Positions 11,544-24,821 of a stretch of DNA of 64,000 nt are shown one piece after another. The stretch is from Rhodosorus marinus CCMP1338 (taxonomy: Eukaryota; Plantae; Rhodophyta), in the NCBI GenBank assembly GCA_029953675.1, contig JAMWBK010000001.1:372001-436000 (forward strand). Direction: 5' to 3'. Positions within the stretch are counted from its first letter, which is position 1; every line of letters begins with the position of its first letter. A program made the translations under genes and the position numbers. A model generated the notes under the pieces. It searched no databases, was not told the DNA's origin, and saw nothing but the letters and a program-made list of their open reading frames with translations.

Positions 11544-12352
11544 ATGGCGTTTGTTTTAGGTTTATCGAGTCAGAATGTGAGAACCCAGGCTGGAAGTGTG
11601 CGGAAGTGCAGTCGTGTTCGGATTCGGAGCTCAGCTGTTGAGAGCGGGGAGGAGATTTCTGAGAAGTTGAAGCAGCTCTTTCAGAGACAGAAGGAAAGAC
11701 CTATATTTGATCACGATAGGTTTGGCGGAGCGTGGCTGGCCGCTGAGAATGAGCTGAGGTGAGGTGGTTTATACCCTTATCCATAAAAAAATTCGTGCTT
11801 TGATTGCGGATGCTGAGGGCGGTGAGGCTTTTGTATCTGTAGATTTTTTTCGGATGAAGAGCTGGCTAAGGTTGGGAACGCAGCGCAGAGAAGTTCCGCT
11901 ACTGCTCTTCGGGATGCGGTTGAGTCGATCGTGACCGAGTCGCGCGAGAAGCTCCTCCAGGAGTTTCCAAATATCACGGTAGGGACTGAATATCACCGTG
12001 CAGAAGCATATGGACTCGTTAAAGTAACAAAAAATCTGATCTTCAGGAGGAAGGAGGTGCTCTGTATCCTCCTTTCCGAAGCGAGGCCTGCTGGCGCGAC
12101 TTTTGGCACTTCACCAGAGTGGCGAGCTATGGTTGCTCCCTCGACGAGTCAGCGTTCCTGAACAAAGACGGACTTGGAATCTTGGAAGAAGTCTACACAG
12201 AGCTTTCAGTGCCTCTTGATGCAATGCTCTACGGCACACGGCAGTTGAAGATGGAATCGCAGAGGTCGGTAAATTCGGAGGAGGAAAAAGAAATCGTTGG
12301 AAGATCCTTCGACACAGTGATCAACAGTCTCAGCGACTTCATCAAAAGGTAA
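11544..12352 (+). CDS. Nucleus-encoded, plastid-targeted phycobiliprotein-fold protein (allophycocyanin-alpha/AplA-like); exons 11544-11758, 11843-11978, 12047-12352
   Basis: Spliced protein: MAFVLGLSSQNVRTQAGSVRKCSRVRIRSS (transit peptide)...AAENELRFFSDEEL...IVTESREKLLQEFPNITEEGGALYPPFRSEACWRDFWHFTRVASYG...GLGILEEVYTELSVPLDAMLYG...SFDTVINSL. This is colinear with the phycobiliprotein motifs ADAEARYLS.GEL, PGGNAY..., CLRD.DYYLRLVTYG and G..EMY.SLG.P. Confidence 0.85.
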
Positions 12353-12565
12353 AAGGTGATGCTGTTTTCCAAACGTTAGTATCTGCAAAAGGGCATGCAC
12401 AGCGGCGCTTTCTCCGTTCAGATCAGCTGATTATATAGGAGAACAAGGCTGAAAGAGCCAGCAGATTTTAGCGAACGAAGCAAAATCAATCTATAGGACA
12501 TGCTACCAGAATATTAGCTTTTCTTTTCTTGCTGCTCGTCTTCCGCTTCTCTCTTTTCCTTTTCC

Positions 12566-13314
12566 TCAAAGTGGAGCCTCTTTCGGATTGCATGCGAATA
12601 GTTCTCAATAGGGGGAGAATCCTGGCGGAGCGCCAACAAGGCCAACACGATCAGCAGAGGATACAAAACTGTGGTGGGTGAAACGAATTGCATGGCGTAC
12701 CAGTCGTTGGTAAAACATTAAAGGGTTGATTTTCAGATCTAGCTTTTCAGCTTCGTGACGTCTATTCTCTGGGAGCTCATAGTATGCCAGCATCCTCGAT
12801 TCGATAAGTCTATGTCGAAACCTCTGCTCCATTCTCTTCTGCCTAAACGTTGCTATCGAATATGCCCGAGTCTAGGAGACGAGAGATAGCCAAAAGAGTT
12901 TAGATCGGGATCCCGAAATAGACATCTTAACACAAAAACTAGAATTATCGAATACCTCCGCTTCCGCGGCGGCAGCCTCTTCCTCCGTCAGCGGTTCCGG
13001 TTCCGGTCGAGATTTTGAAAAGAGCGCCTGCAAAGCTCGTTCCCTACGGCCCGAATCTGCCTGGTTTGCAATGGTTTGCCCATCTAATGGCTATCATACG
13101 AGAAAAACAGCAAGCAAATTCGATTCAGTCAGGTTCCAGGCCCAACGAGGAAGCGGGTGTCCTCCATTTCCAAGGTCAACGGTTCGTGAACACTCACTCC
13201 CGAATGCCCCTTCTTCTTCTTGGCCTTTCTCGTATTGACAGCCATCCACCTCCATTGGCCTGAGGGGGATGTCGCGCGCAAGGCCACACCTAGATTCAGA
13301 CGACCCAACAACAT
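12566..13314 (-). CDS. Probable mitochondrial ribosomal protein mL40-like (multi-exon)
   Basis: Basic presequence MLLGRLNLGVALRA..., Lys tract, RERALQALF...EPLTEEEAAAAEAE, and C-terminal DSPPIENYS resembling the mL40 TPPIPNY motif. Confidence 0.5.
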
Positions 13315-15169
13315 CTAGACAGGAGTTTTTATCCTACATAAGAGCTATTAGTTTCCTCACTGCCTGCAAAACCTTTGATTTAAGGCCCTCTTCACTCTGA
13401 AAAAAAGTGAAAGACTTCAACAACAAGTTTCTCTACTTCGCAGTTGCTCCTCGGCCTCTTCGAACGCGAATTCTTGTCGAAACACTCCCGGGCCGAAGCC
13501 GTCAACTGGAGGTGAAAAGCTCATATAGCAGAGGGGAGCTGGGAAGCCTGATGCAGCTCAACTTGGCTTCTTGAAGGCGACTGTTTTGGATCCCAATGTG
13601 ACATGATCTGCGGCTTTGGGACTCAGGCTCTGTCGTAAACCATTGAGGTACTTCTGGAACAGGGCGATCGAGTTTTTCCTAGACATGAACCGATCCAGAC
13701 CGCCGATATTCGTAGTCTTTATTGCCCAGAAGTAGTTCGACTTTGAAAAGAGGGAGTGAACTGATGGGGATGATGATGATGTCGAATATGAGTACTTCAG
13801 CTCTGGTTGAGAGATGTGGTACCGAGCGCAGGGCTTCTGTCCCGAGATCTCATTGAGTCAATTGAGTGAGGCTCAGGTCGCTCGTGAGAAATGTCAAAAC
13901 TCGGCTGGGGGCAAGGTATAGGCTAATGACGAGCGAATGATGAGTGAATCGCTATTTAGGGAAGCCGAAGGGGTTCCAAAATCTACAAAAAAACCGCGGA
14001 GAACTCGCTCGAAGTCCAGGGAAAGCCCAGTCCACAGGGTCATCAGCTCGAAGTGAGAGCTAGAAAACCGGAAAAACGACTCACAGGTCCACAGTGTGTG
14101 GTAGGTGAATCATGAAATGAAGATAGTTCAGAGTCGTCATCGACCTTTCCAATCGAATCATCCATCCACCGCATCCATGCCCGTCCAAGGCATCACCAGA
14201 TACACATCAAGTTCCTCTCTATATTTAGACCAAGTGCTCTTAGTATAGAAATGAACCTCTCAAGATTAAGCTCACATAAAAGTATGAAAAACTTCAAAAA
14301 CAAGAGTTTTGTCATTATTATTGTAAAAAATATATCTAAATATTGTCCAGTAAATTTCTAGATATTCATAATCTAATATATATAATCGGTAATTGTTATT
14401 AATAATAATATACAACTTGCTTAAATATAGTACTACCCGTTTAATAATAGACTTATTTCAGACTGATTTTGTATGAATGACAGATTGGCGGGAAGGCCAG
14501 GAAACCTGTTGAGGAAGATGAAGTGAGAGTTGGGTCGCTGCGGAGAGACCTGGGCTACGGAGGATGACAGAGAAACCCTTTTAGTTTCTTTATCACGGAC
14601 TCCATTGAAGTGGAGGAAAACGTTGAACGGAGGTTTTGTACTGGCTTCGTGTCCTCATATATTTTGATGAACTGTGTGGGAGTTTGTTGAACACCCGCAT
14701 TTTAACCCTCTTCCTCCTTCACTCCTCTCGGCGGCTGAGGGTTTTTTGTTTGTTTCAGGACGGTGAGATTGGGATTGTTTGCTGGGTTTGGTTGAGGCTA
14801 CTTGAAGAGGACGTAAGAAGGATAGTTTTAGACTGTGGTAACAGTCCTTGAGGTTGAACGTGAGACGCCTCGGATTTTCGAGTCGGTTTGGTTGTTTTGG
14901 AAGGATTCACCTCCCCCCTTTGGCTTCTTGAGGTTTCTAAGGTGGAAGGAGAGGAGCCAGCCTGAAGCGTTACGGACATGTGTATTCTTCTTCGAGAAGG
15001 TTGAGGGCTTTGGTTTGGTTTTTGATTTTGGATCTGGCAACTCCGTCGGGGCCCCTTCTCGTTCAGTTTATGGATCTTGGGGAATCCCTCGCCAGGTAGT
15101 AGTTAGACTATTTTTAATATATATATTTTTATTTAGAAGGAGGGAAGGGGAATTCTGTTGGCATTCGAG

Positions 15170-16838
15170 ATGAAGCCGAGGATACTACGGTCCAGAACGA
15201 ATCGAAAGCGAGGATCTGTGGATGAAGCGGCAATCCAGAATCCGAAGGATGGGAAGACGGAGCATCCACTGTGGGTTATGAAGCGTCAGGGAGCTGCTGA
15301 CAAGAGCATGTCGAAGAAAGTAGATGAGAGAACGGTCGATGATCAGACTACGGATGACGAGGTGGACAAAGAAATCGAGATTGAAGACGTGACTTTGGAG
15401 ACCATCGATGCTGATGTGGATGGGAGCAACTGCGCCAAGGATACGAAGCGTAACTCTGCCAACTCGGTTGTTACGTTGGATAAGGAGCCGAACCAAAGTC
15501 CTTCCACTCCAACAGAACGGCAGAGGTATGTCGGTTAATGAACTTGTCCATGCTTGGGGCTGGCAGATGTCCTAAACCTCTTTTTCTTTGAATCCTCTCC
15601 GAAAGGGGAAGCAACTGGTCGAAAAGGGTGAGCAATTGGTCTGACGAGGAAGATAGAATTCTAACCAAGTGCGTGGCAAAGTTCGGAGCTAAGAATTGGA
15701 AAGTCATTGCCACGCATTTGCCGAACAGAACGGACATCCAGTGCTTGCATCGCTGGAATACCGTGCTTAACCCACAGCTTGTGAAAGGACCATGGACAAA
15801 GGAGGAGGATGACGAAATACGGTTCCTAGTTTCACAGTACGAGACGCCCCGCTGGAGCTTGATTGCCAAACATCTTCCCGGACGTATTGGAAAGCAGTGC
15901 AGGGAAAGATGGCTTCATCACCTGAGCCCAGAGGTCACAAAGAGTGCTTGGACAGCACAGGAAGAGGAGACTCTCAGAGAGGCACACTCTCGACTAGGCA
16001 ATCGCTGGGCGGAGATTGCCAAGCTGTTGCCAGGTAGGTCCGACAACGCTGTAAAGAACCACTGGAATTCATGTATGCGAAGGAGCAGCGTGAGAAGAAA
16101 ACGGAAGTCTGGGGACCCAAGTGACATAGAGAACATTGAGGTAGATAAAAATTCCAAGCGTTTCCAACCCACGTTTTCGGGGGGGCTGAGGTCTAAGCGC
16201 TATGTCTTGTGTTCGTTTTTCAGGTGGAAACCAGTTCACCGGTCCAAGGCACGCCCGAAATGGCGAACAAAATTTATCTTTCTAGTGAGGAGCTACGACA
16301 GCAATCACCTCAAGAGTACCAGGCCAGCGCAGTGCTTACCGCGATGTCAAGTTGCGCCCGGGCGATGCAGCAGAGCTCGCCCGTTCCGGAAGAGAAGAGA
16401 GCCGGGGACTCGCCTCCATTGACCTCTCCGGTCGGAAAAAGCCCTTTCCGATTCGTCACTTACGAGCCCAACTTTCATCGGAAGACTCCGTCCATTCTAA
16501 GTCGAAAGCAGTTGACAGCACGTATTGCGAACGCAGATACAACTTCCAAGGCGCAAGTTGCTGACCCTAGCGAGAGGCAGCAGAAGGTCCCAGCTATATT
16601 CAACCGGGGGAAGACGTCCCGAACAGAGCGAAAACCGGACGCACGAGAGCAAAAGAGCTCAATGTCATTTTTTACAAAGGCTTCAGCGTCCGCAGCAGCG
16701 AATTATTCAGCAGCACACCGTCCTGCTCATGCAACGCCAACAAAGCAGATCGTGAAGAGGAGCATTACGACGGATTTCGATTCCAACGCAAGAAGCGGTC
16801 TAGCATCCGACCAAGTCCGACAAATTAGTACAAAGTAA
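15170..16838 (+). CDS. MYB3R: Three-repeat (3R) MYB transcription factor, c-Myb/MYB3R type, 3 exons
   Basis: Three repeats: WSDEED...[16 protein letters not shown]...[14 protein letters not shown]...[25 protein letters not shown]. Confidence 0.92.
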
Positions 16839-16975
16839 AAACGGCGGCTGGAAGGTTCTTCGTATTTGCAAGTCATTATGGCGAGTAGAACTCGAATCCC
16901 GTGGGTTCAGAACTCAAGACAGAGCTACGGGAATCTCAAGATCCCCAGAAGCGACGGCCATGGTGAACTACGCGA

Positions 16976-17055
16976 GACTTGCACGTTTCATGCGGTATAG
17001 ACCCTGCGCAAACCTGACTTGCACATTTCAAAAGGTACAGACCCTGCGCAACCCT
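16976..17055 (+). repeat. Imperfect 40-bp tandem duplication downstream of the MYB gene
   Basis: GACTTGCACGTTTCATGCGGTATAGACCCTGCGCAAACCT followed by GACTTGCACATTTCAAAAGGTACAGACCCTGCGCAACCCT. Confidence 0.9.
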
Positions 17056-17648
17056 AGGGTGTACTGAATACTAAGTTTGATACGTTTCTTAGTTTGAAAC
17101 TCGTACGTCCTCATCGTGGTTTGCAGCTTTCAACAAGTAACCATTTGCCTATCTTTGTCCCAGTACTAGATCCTCATTCGGCCCTGTGCTTGTTGTAAAT
17201 CAATTCCAATTCAACAGCCCTTCTACCTGTGCGACGTCCGTGCCCACAAACGCGGTGCAGTTGGTCACTACTAAACCAATCGCAGACTCAAGAGCGACAG
17301 CAAGCAAAGCGAGAGTCTAGGACACAGTTTCCTACTAGAAGGATCCAGCAAAAGCGATGTAAGCGAGGGCCGCAAAGCGAGACAATTCGAGCCTTTCCCG
17401 ATTCATAAAGCTGACAACTTATGCCAAACGTCCCAAGCTGTTTTTGCCATTGCTCATTTTCTCCTTTGCGCAAATTGTGGTTATATCATCATCTCTGACA
17501 AATCTTTTCATTTCCCATCCAAGCGACAGCAAAGCTATCCCACACCCACGAAAAATTCGGGGGCTTTCGATTCTAAACCTTCCTAATAGAAGCGTTACGT
17601 GGCCCGTCCTCGGGGACCAGGTACATATTATCCCCGTGATTTCAGAAT

Positions 17649-18394
17649 CTACTGCGGACCGCCGGGGGGAGCTCCCGGTCCCTCGCCAATGTTTGCAGGG
17701 AGGCCAAAGCCTGGAGAATAGAAAAGATACGTTAGATTTGTGCTTCACCTCTGCCTTTGGAGGCGATTTTGTGACACTCTTTCCGAAGAACGTACTAGCT
17801 GTTAAGTTACTCAAGTTGGTCTGCATGTGTGCCACGCTAATTCTGTGAGCTTCCTTGAACGCCTCAGTGCATGCCTCTGAAACCTGTAATCCGGTCAAAA
17901 ACGTGACCTCGCTGAGAGATCATTCTAGTGCAAACAAATCTTGCGCGCATGGTTTTACTCACTGCTTCTGAGCCTTCCCCCAAGAGTTCTTCCGAAACTT
18001 CGACACTAAGCGGTACCTGATTCCCAGTCATCACGACTTTCACCAAACCGTCACGAGCCTTCACAGACGAGAGAGGATGCAAGTTAGCTAAGACTACGAG
18101 CACATACATCGATTTTGGCATGATCAATGTTTTCCAGAAAAAGCCACTCACAGTTCCCTCCAGCTCAGTAGCCGCAAGCTCCTCCTGCATAATCTTAGTC
18201 TCCTTTGTAAACTCCTGCGCCTTCTTGTAGGCATCCATGATCTTTCCCATCTGCCCGAACATCCCGAAAGGCTTGTTAGCATCACCACCCCCCTGAGCCA
18301 TCATCATCGGACTACGGCGTGTTCTTCTAGACACACAAGTCCGTGACCCAGACTTCAGAGGCAGAGCTCCCACTCCCACAAATCCAATACCCAT
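17649..18394 (-). CDS. Plastid-targeted YbaB/EbfC nucleoid-associated family protein (STIC2-like), 4 exons
   Basis: Transit peptide MGIGFVGVGAL..., then MGKIMDAYKKAQ...MQEELAATELEG, DGLVKVVMTGNQVPLSVEVSEELL, EAFKEAHRIS...LTASFGLP. Confidence 0.88.
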
Positions 18395-20067
18395 AGTGAA
18401 CCAAAAAAAGGCCTAAAAACCGGTGGGAATGACACAAACTAGACACACAAAAACAGAGTAGAAAAAAGGAGCTTGAAATAATATCAAAATTCCAAAGACG
18501 TCTTCTGCAAGCAGATCTTCTTTCTTCACTCCCCCAAAACACTCACATGGAAACACATCCTTCCCAATACCTCCACCCGCCCTCCCCCTTTCCCCACTGC
18601 CTTTTTGCATTCTTCGTCGCGTGCTTTAATATCTCTCTTAGATCTAGAGTTTCACGTCAGAGATCGAAACGATCCACCCTCCCTCCTAAATTTATTCCAA
18701 AAGAATAACAGAAATGTATAGACCACTATGGGGGTTATATTTCAAGTTCATTCTCACCAAATAAAATTTTTCAGATATTATTTGAACAAATTCTTTGAGA
18801 CGTTTATTAAAACTTACCCGTTGGGTTGTGTCAAGTAGGATCTTATTTCTTCTAAAAACTTAGGTACGTAAGAAGTCGAATTTTCAATGTAATTCAACTT
18901 TCTAGACCAGGGTTGGTATTTTTTTCTTATAAACGATGATTTGGAGTTTGGGTGCTCTCGTGGGATGTTTCCTGGAGCTTTGAAGGAGGCTTAGTGCATA
19001 AAGCAGGAGGGATAGGAAGGATCATCGACGGAGGTTTAGATCATCTGAATATCGTGCTTGGCCTTCTTTTCCTCCCTCATCCCCAAGGCCCCAAACTGTG
19101 CTGCTTAGTCCTGAGTACGTTTAAGGGCGAATGAGCTTTGTCCGTACGATCCAGATAGATCCCTTACGTACTAAGCTCGTGCACTTGCTTCGATACAGAT
19201 GGATCGAGCATCCACTGTGAGTGCGATGCACCTCAGATGCGCTCTGGGACTTGAAGACTGGGAGGAATGCTGTGCTTGATTGGGCGAGGAGGAGTGGTAT
19301 CAACGGCTGAAAGGAACGCCAGCGCTGCTACAGTGCACTATGACGTACTTGTCAAGTCCGAGAGGTTCAACTATCACCAAACTTTTAGAGTAGAAAGGAA
19401 CCTGAGTCCCGGTTGCGTGCTAACAGCCAAGACGAGCATCAGCAACCATGACAGAAACTGCTCCTCCGGGCCGATTGACGAATATGGAAGTTATGCATCC
19501 GCTTCATCTCATTTGTTCATACCCTTTCACCCATGGGTCCTCTGGAGCGGAAGAGTGGGGCAAAAAGCCCAAGGAGAGCTGTCAATAAAGCAAAAAAAAG
19601 CCTGACAAACTCGCTCAGCTACTCAGCGCTTTGAGCTTCGTTCTGCGACACATAAAAAACTCCACATCAACGTATGAAACGTTCTACCGAAGACACCTGA
19701 ACGCTCTCTTCTCGGGAAGGCCCTCAGTCTGTGGACGAGGCCGAAGCTTTCTCCACGAATGTCTCCGAAACGACCGAATCCAATAAGCTCGAAACAAAGT
19801 CATCTTCACGGTATATCTACAGACCTGTCCGCCGTCGAGAAAATTCTTTAAATACAATAAAAATAATTGTTTTACCGTCTGTCTACACTGTTTGCTATTG
19901 GGAATGTGTGGTCGGGCTTCTTCAATGGACGGGCAAGAAGACGTTTTCGGGGCATGATTGGGCTGCTGCAAGAGGTTTTTGGTCTTGTTAGTTTGTGCGA
20001 GGTCGTACTTTCCGTACATGGAAATCTTGTAGAACATATATTGAATCGTTTCTGAAAAATAGGCAGG

Positions 20068-21296
20068 ATGAATTGGGGTGAGTTGTGTGTTTTGATGGTG
20101 AACGAATTCCCTAACCAAGTGCAGATGTGCTGACCAGATTTGTTTTTTTCTACTTCGTGGCTTTGATTTTTGTTTTTTTCTACTTCGTGGCTTTGATTTT
20201 TGTTTTCGCTCGCGGCATTTTGTAGAGGATGAAGAGGAAGAGTTTGAGCATAAGAATTTAAAGGCAAATTGGGACGATGAGGAAGAGGAGGAGGAGCCAG
20301 AGGAGGTACGTGATAGAAATGCACGAGTCGGAGACCGATTCCGTTGGTCCTAGAAAGGGGTTTCCATCTTGTTCTTAAGCCAGTTCTGGTTACCGTTTTT
20401 CTGGAATTGGTGTTCTCCTAGGCCCCACCTGCTGAGCCTACCCAGATGTCAGCTAGAAAGAAGAAGGACAAGGATCTGCAAGCGAAGATCAAGGAGAGAG
20501 AGGAACGCGAAGCTCAATATAGAGCAGCTCAACGGAAGCAGGAACTAAATCTGGAAGGTAACTACGAGAGGGTTTTAATTGCATTTCTTTTCCTAGACAG
20601 CTGATCATGAATAACGAGGATACCTGTACATTTCGCAGGTCTAACTGACGCCGAGAAGAAATTGGCGAGGCAGAAACTAGTCGAAGACGCGGACTTTCAG
20701 AATGCAAAGGATATGTTCATGGATGGGGATTCCAGCGATGTTAAACCAGAGACTGGGACGGAGACATTAGATGGAATGTCACCCAAGGGTTCGAAAGAAC
20801 TTAAGAAGTATAGCGACTTGCTTGTGCCGAAGTTGATTATGGTTATGGTAAGCCCGTGCACATCCACAAGCGTTATTTCATTCCCAATCTGCGACAATTG
20901 TCTGTGCTCGACTGGCCGCTGCTAATGACTTTTCTCCCGCTGCATGTGCTGCATAGGATTCGAATGTACGCTCTCACCGACTTCAATTTTTAAAGGATGT
21001 GCTTCGAGGGGCCACAGCTGACCTCTCCGTTGATGATACGAAGTAAGCCGCCTTCTCCATTCATGTTCCGATGCGCAGAAATCTCTCTAGTATTACTGCT
21101 GACAATCAGCTTTTCGCACAATGGTACTTCCAGGGAACTCTCAAGCCATTTGAACGTGATTTCAAACGAGAAGATTCAGGTTCTCAAAGGGCCGCAGGCA
21201 AAGAAAGGGAAAGCTAAGAAGAAGACAACGGTTAAGATGGAAAGATCCCAGGTCCTCGATGCATATGTTGATGACGAATTTGACGGCTTTCTGTAG
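20068..21296 (+). CDS. EIF3J: Translation initiation factor eIF3 subunit J (multi-exon)
   Basis: Acidic N-terminus MNW..EDEEEE...NWDDEEEE, RQKLVEDADFQNAKDMF, and C-terminus KAKKK...YVDDEFDGFL. Confidence 0.85.
20138..20206 (+). repeat. Exact 30-bp tandem duplication within eIF3j intron 1
   Basis: TGTTTTTTTCTACTTCGTGGCTTTGATTTT occurs twice, followed by a partial third copy. Confidence 0.92.
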
Positions 21297-21529
21297 ACTT
21301 CCATGGTTCCAATGGTACTTTTGTAACCTGCCCCCAAAGTTGATGCTTGTTTGAGGCGCACGATTCCCAGCAAGGAAGAACTTCCATACGTTCAATAGTT
21401 TTCTTTTACTTTAAAAACAAGCATGTTCCATTTTGTACATTTCTTTGCAAATGACCTTGTCTGTTCATGACATAAAACCAAGAATTACATAGGCGTTATG
21501 CACACATAATAACTACTAAGACAATTTGC

Positions 21530-22284
21530 CTACGTGAATAGTAAGCAGAAGATTATGAAAAGGGCAAATGCGAGCAGCAGTTTGGAAATTAAATCATGTT
21601 GCTCTTGGTCCGCTGACGTCACTCTTTGCTGCTGCTGCGCTGCCGGATTTGCATCAGGGGAGTTCCCGAAGGAGGCTTGAGGGTACTGAAAATGAAGACC
21701 AAACAACGACGGGACAAGAGTGAACGAGAAAGTGCCGAATGCCGGATTGCCGAAACGGTTCTGCGGTATTCCATATGCTCCTCCTCCGAAATTCATCTGT
21801 CCATTCGTAACCGGGACCTCTGTTCGATGTCCCCTGGGCCTTGGGGGAAGCCTCTCTTCGGAAGCGGTCGCTTCTCGAGGATCCTTGCTGTCCTGCATAC
21901 CCCTCCCATATACAGGAATTACCTTGCTTTTTTCAATCTTTGATTTACACACCGGGCACAACGGATACGCCGACTTAGTTTGCATCCACTGCAGAATACA
22001 GGCAAATGGGTCTTTAGTACGGCTCCAGGACTCGAAGAAGCAAGTTTTCTTACACGTGACTATAGTGAAGCACGAACCTTGAACAGACATCTCCAGCAGT
22101 ACAAGTGTCCACATTCAGTTACCACTGGATCATGCGGCGTCTCAAAGCAAATATTGCACTCAAACGAAAGAGGCGAGGAGCCTGATCCTGCGGCAGTTGC
22201 GGCATTCGACGAGGACGAGGCATTTCCACCATTTTCCGAAGTTGACGTTGACGAGTTCCTCGCCGTTGGCGTTGCACCATCCAT
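21530..22284 (-). CDS. RING-HC E3 ubiquitin ligase, RNF185/RNF5/RMA1 family, with C-terminal TM anchor (2 exons)
   Basis: [29 protein letters not shown]|WMQ...CPVCK...VIPVYGRG...PRPRGHR, and a hydrophobic C-terminus [16 protein letters not shown]. Confidence 0.9.
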
Positions 22285-23418
22285 CTCGCCCGTGCTTCCC
22301 CCACAAAACAAAAAAAACAGACAAACCGACCGCTCACCCCAAAAAAATTACCTCCACACAGACGAGGTCAACCCCTACACTCAGCACACCCAGCCTTGTC
22401 TCCAGAGAGACCCTCAGCAATTCGCTCAAGTACCAAAAGCCCTCGTTCATTCCTCCAGGCGCGTGACTCAAAAAGGTCCAAATGGCTTCCAATCATTCTA
22501 AGAAAAACCAGTAAACTGATTTTACCCGTCATATGACGTAACCGACACACGCGTTTAAGAATGGAAAATTTCAAATTAAACCACATATTTAGTTTATAGA
22601 TGTACATCAGAGGGTGGTAACTATTTTTTTCGGGCAATACTTATATTCAATCCAGAATCTATCAACTTACGTAATTGACTGAGTTGCGAGCTATGTCTGA
22701 ACCCCCTGGAACTTGGCATTTACTGGGGGGTAGGATAAAGGTATTCATCGAAAAAGGTTTTTGAAATATTTCTTAAAGCAGAAGGGAAAAGTAATGGTCG
22801 TGGTGGAGGTGGGTAAGGTAGCGAGTAGGAAAGGGGGGACTGTACATCAGTCATTTCATTCTTTCTTGATTGCACTCTTAACAGCTCCCGGATTGGAAGA
22901 GTAATCAAAAGCGCCCCCTTCACTCGGCCATGATTTGATGTTTTCCCGAAGATTTCCCTTAGTACCATCTGTTCTGCATAGTACATGTACTATACATTTT
23001 TCTGAGGACGGTCTGTCAACACATGATTATGATTTTCAACGCCTTAATAATTCAGGAATTCAACAACGCTTTGTACACACCGAGGTGCTGGTGTTTTCGA
23101 GCTCGGGTTGCAGTGGAGAACTTGGTCGTGAGTTCGAGGCCTGATAGCGCTACGTCGTTAAGTCATTGACCCTCCAGATGCATGCTGTAAGTGTATGGGG
23201 GCCTTGCTTTAGATTGCTACATTGTCGTCCAAGCATGCTACTACGACAAGAGCAGTACTTGCTTGCGGACGAACAGTTCAACTCTCTAAACATCAGTTAT
23301 CAGTGTGTTCGGCGGGGTATTTCGTCTTACAGAAATTTAACTGTTTCTATATTCTTCCTCGTGCCGCGCGTCTGAGATCGTCTGTGACGACTCTACGGCG
23401 GCCTTTCTTATTCATATG

Positions 23419-24821
23419 TTAGTATACGCTGAGCGGTGGTTCGTCCTCCTCAGGAATTGGTGTTTTCGATTTCCGCGCCTTTTTTTGTGTTGACTTAGCT
23501 TTGCCCTTGGCTTTCGACAGCGACGCCTTCTTCTTCATCAAGTCTCGTGGGGGCATGACGAGGGCCGTGTTCGCAAAATGGCCAACCAGCATTTCCCATT
23601 CCTTGTCCGGAATTTCGTACGGACAGTACTCCTTCGATGGGAAAATCCTGGACTTGACCTCTTTCCTGAACGTTGAAGAGGAAGTTAGTTTTTTTACGGA
23701 AGCAAACGTTTCACCTTGCGGTCTGATGTTTCTTACTTGTACGTCTCCAATCCTTGTTGAATAAACTCGGCACATCCAGCATAGCGTTTAACGAATTTCG
23801 GAGTAACTTTTGCATGGTGAGGATGTTGCAACATCCCCAAGACATCGTGGTAGACAAGGACCTGTCCTGATGTCCCTTGACCAGCACCAATTCCAATCGT
23901 TGGAATGTCGAGCTTGTCCGTTACAAACTGGGCGACTCTTTCTGGTATGCACTCAAGAACAATTGCAAAAGCGCCCGCATCTTGCAGCGCCAGGGCGTCC
24001 TCAGTTATAGTTATAGCCTCCTTTGCATTCTTACCGAACGACCTGTATTGCTACGTAGATGCCGATTTAAGAGTTCTGATTAGAAATTGACAAGTCATCC
24101 ACACGCTTCTTCTTACTGACAACGAACCCCGATTGCACTGACGCTCGCTGGCAGCAACCCCGTGTGACCCACCACTGCTATTCCACCTTGCACTACCCTT
24201 CGTACGCTTTCTTTAATGGCCACCCCGCCTTCCATCTTCACCCCGCCTACGCCGGTTTCCTTTATGAAACGGTACGCATTGCGCATAGCCTCTTCCGGAT
24301 TCAGTTGGTAAGATCCGAACGGCATGTCTGCAATAACCAAGCAACGTCTTGTTCCTCTCATGACTGCCTTGGTGTGGTGCAGCATCTCCTCCATAGCCAC
24401 CTTGATATATAAACATCAGAGCACGACTGGTTAGCACAGGAAACTGATCAATAAGGAATTAATCTACAATGGAGGCGCTTACAGATTGCGTCGTCTCGTG
24501 CCCAAGTTCAACCATCGCCACGGAATCTCCAACCAGTACCATGTCCATCTGAGCGAGATCGGCATGAACTGCACTAGGGTAGTTGTACGCGGTCAACACC
24601 GAGATCGGCACTCCCCTTTCAGTCATTCGCTGAATATCGGAAATATTTAGACGGCGCGGTGTTGCAGGCGCCTTCGGCGCATGGTGCGACTGAACTTCAG
24701 CTGTTTGAGTTGTTGATGCCGTTCCTCCCTTCGTTGAGCCCTTCCCCGAGCTCGAGCTTGCATTTCGAAACCCTGACAAAGTCCGCCCATAGTTCCGGTG
24801 CCATCTCCCTACTGACCTCAT
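23419..24821 (-). CDS. panB: Ketopantoate hydroxymethyltransferase (mitochondrial), multi-exon
   Basis: [12 protein letters not shown]...[56 protein letters not shown]. Confidence 0.95.

Noticed and set aside
19872-20324. 150-aa minus ORF with NKNQSHEVEK repeats
   Set aside because: It is antisense to eIF3j exons 1-2; the peptide repeat is just the intronic 30-bp duplication.
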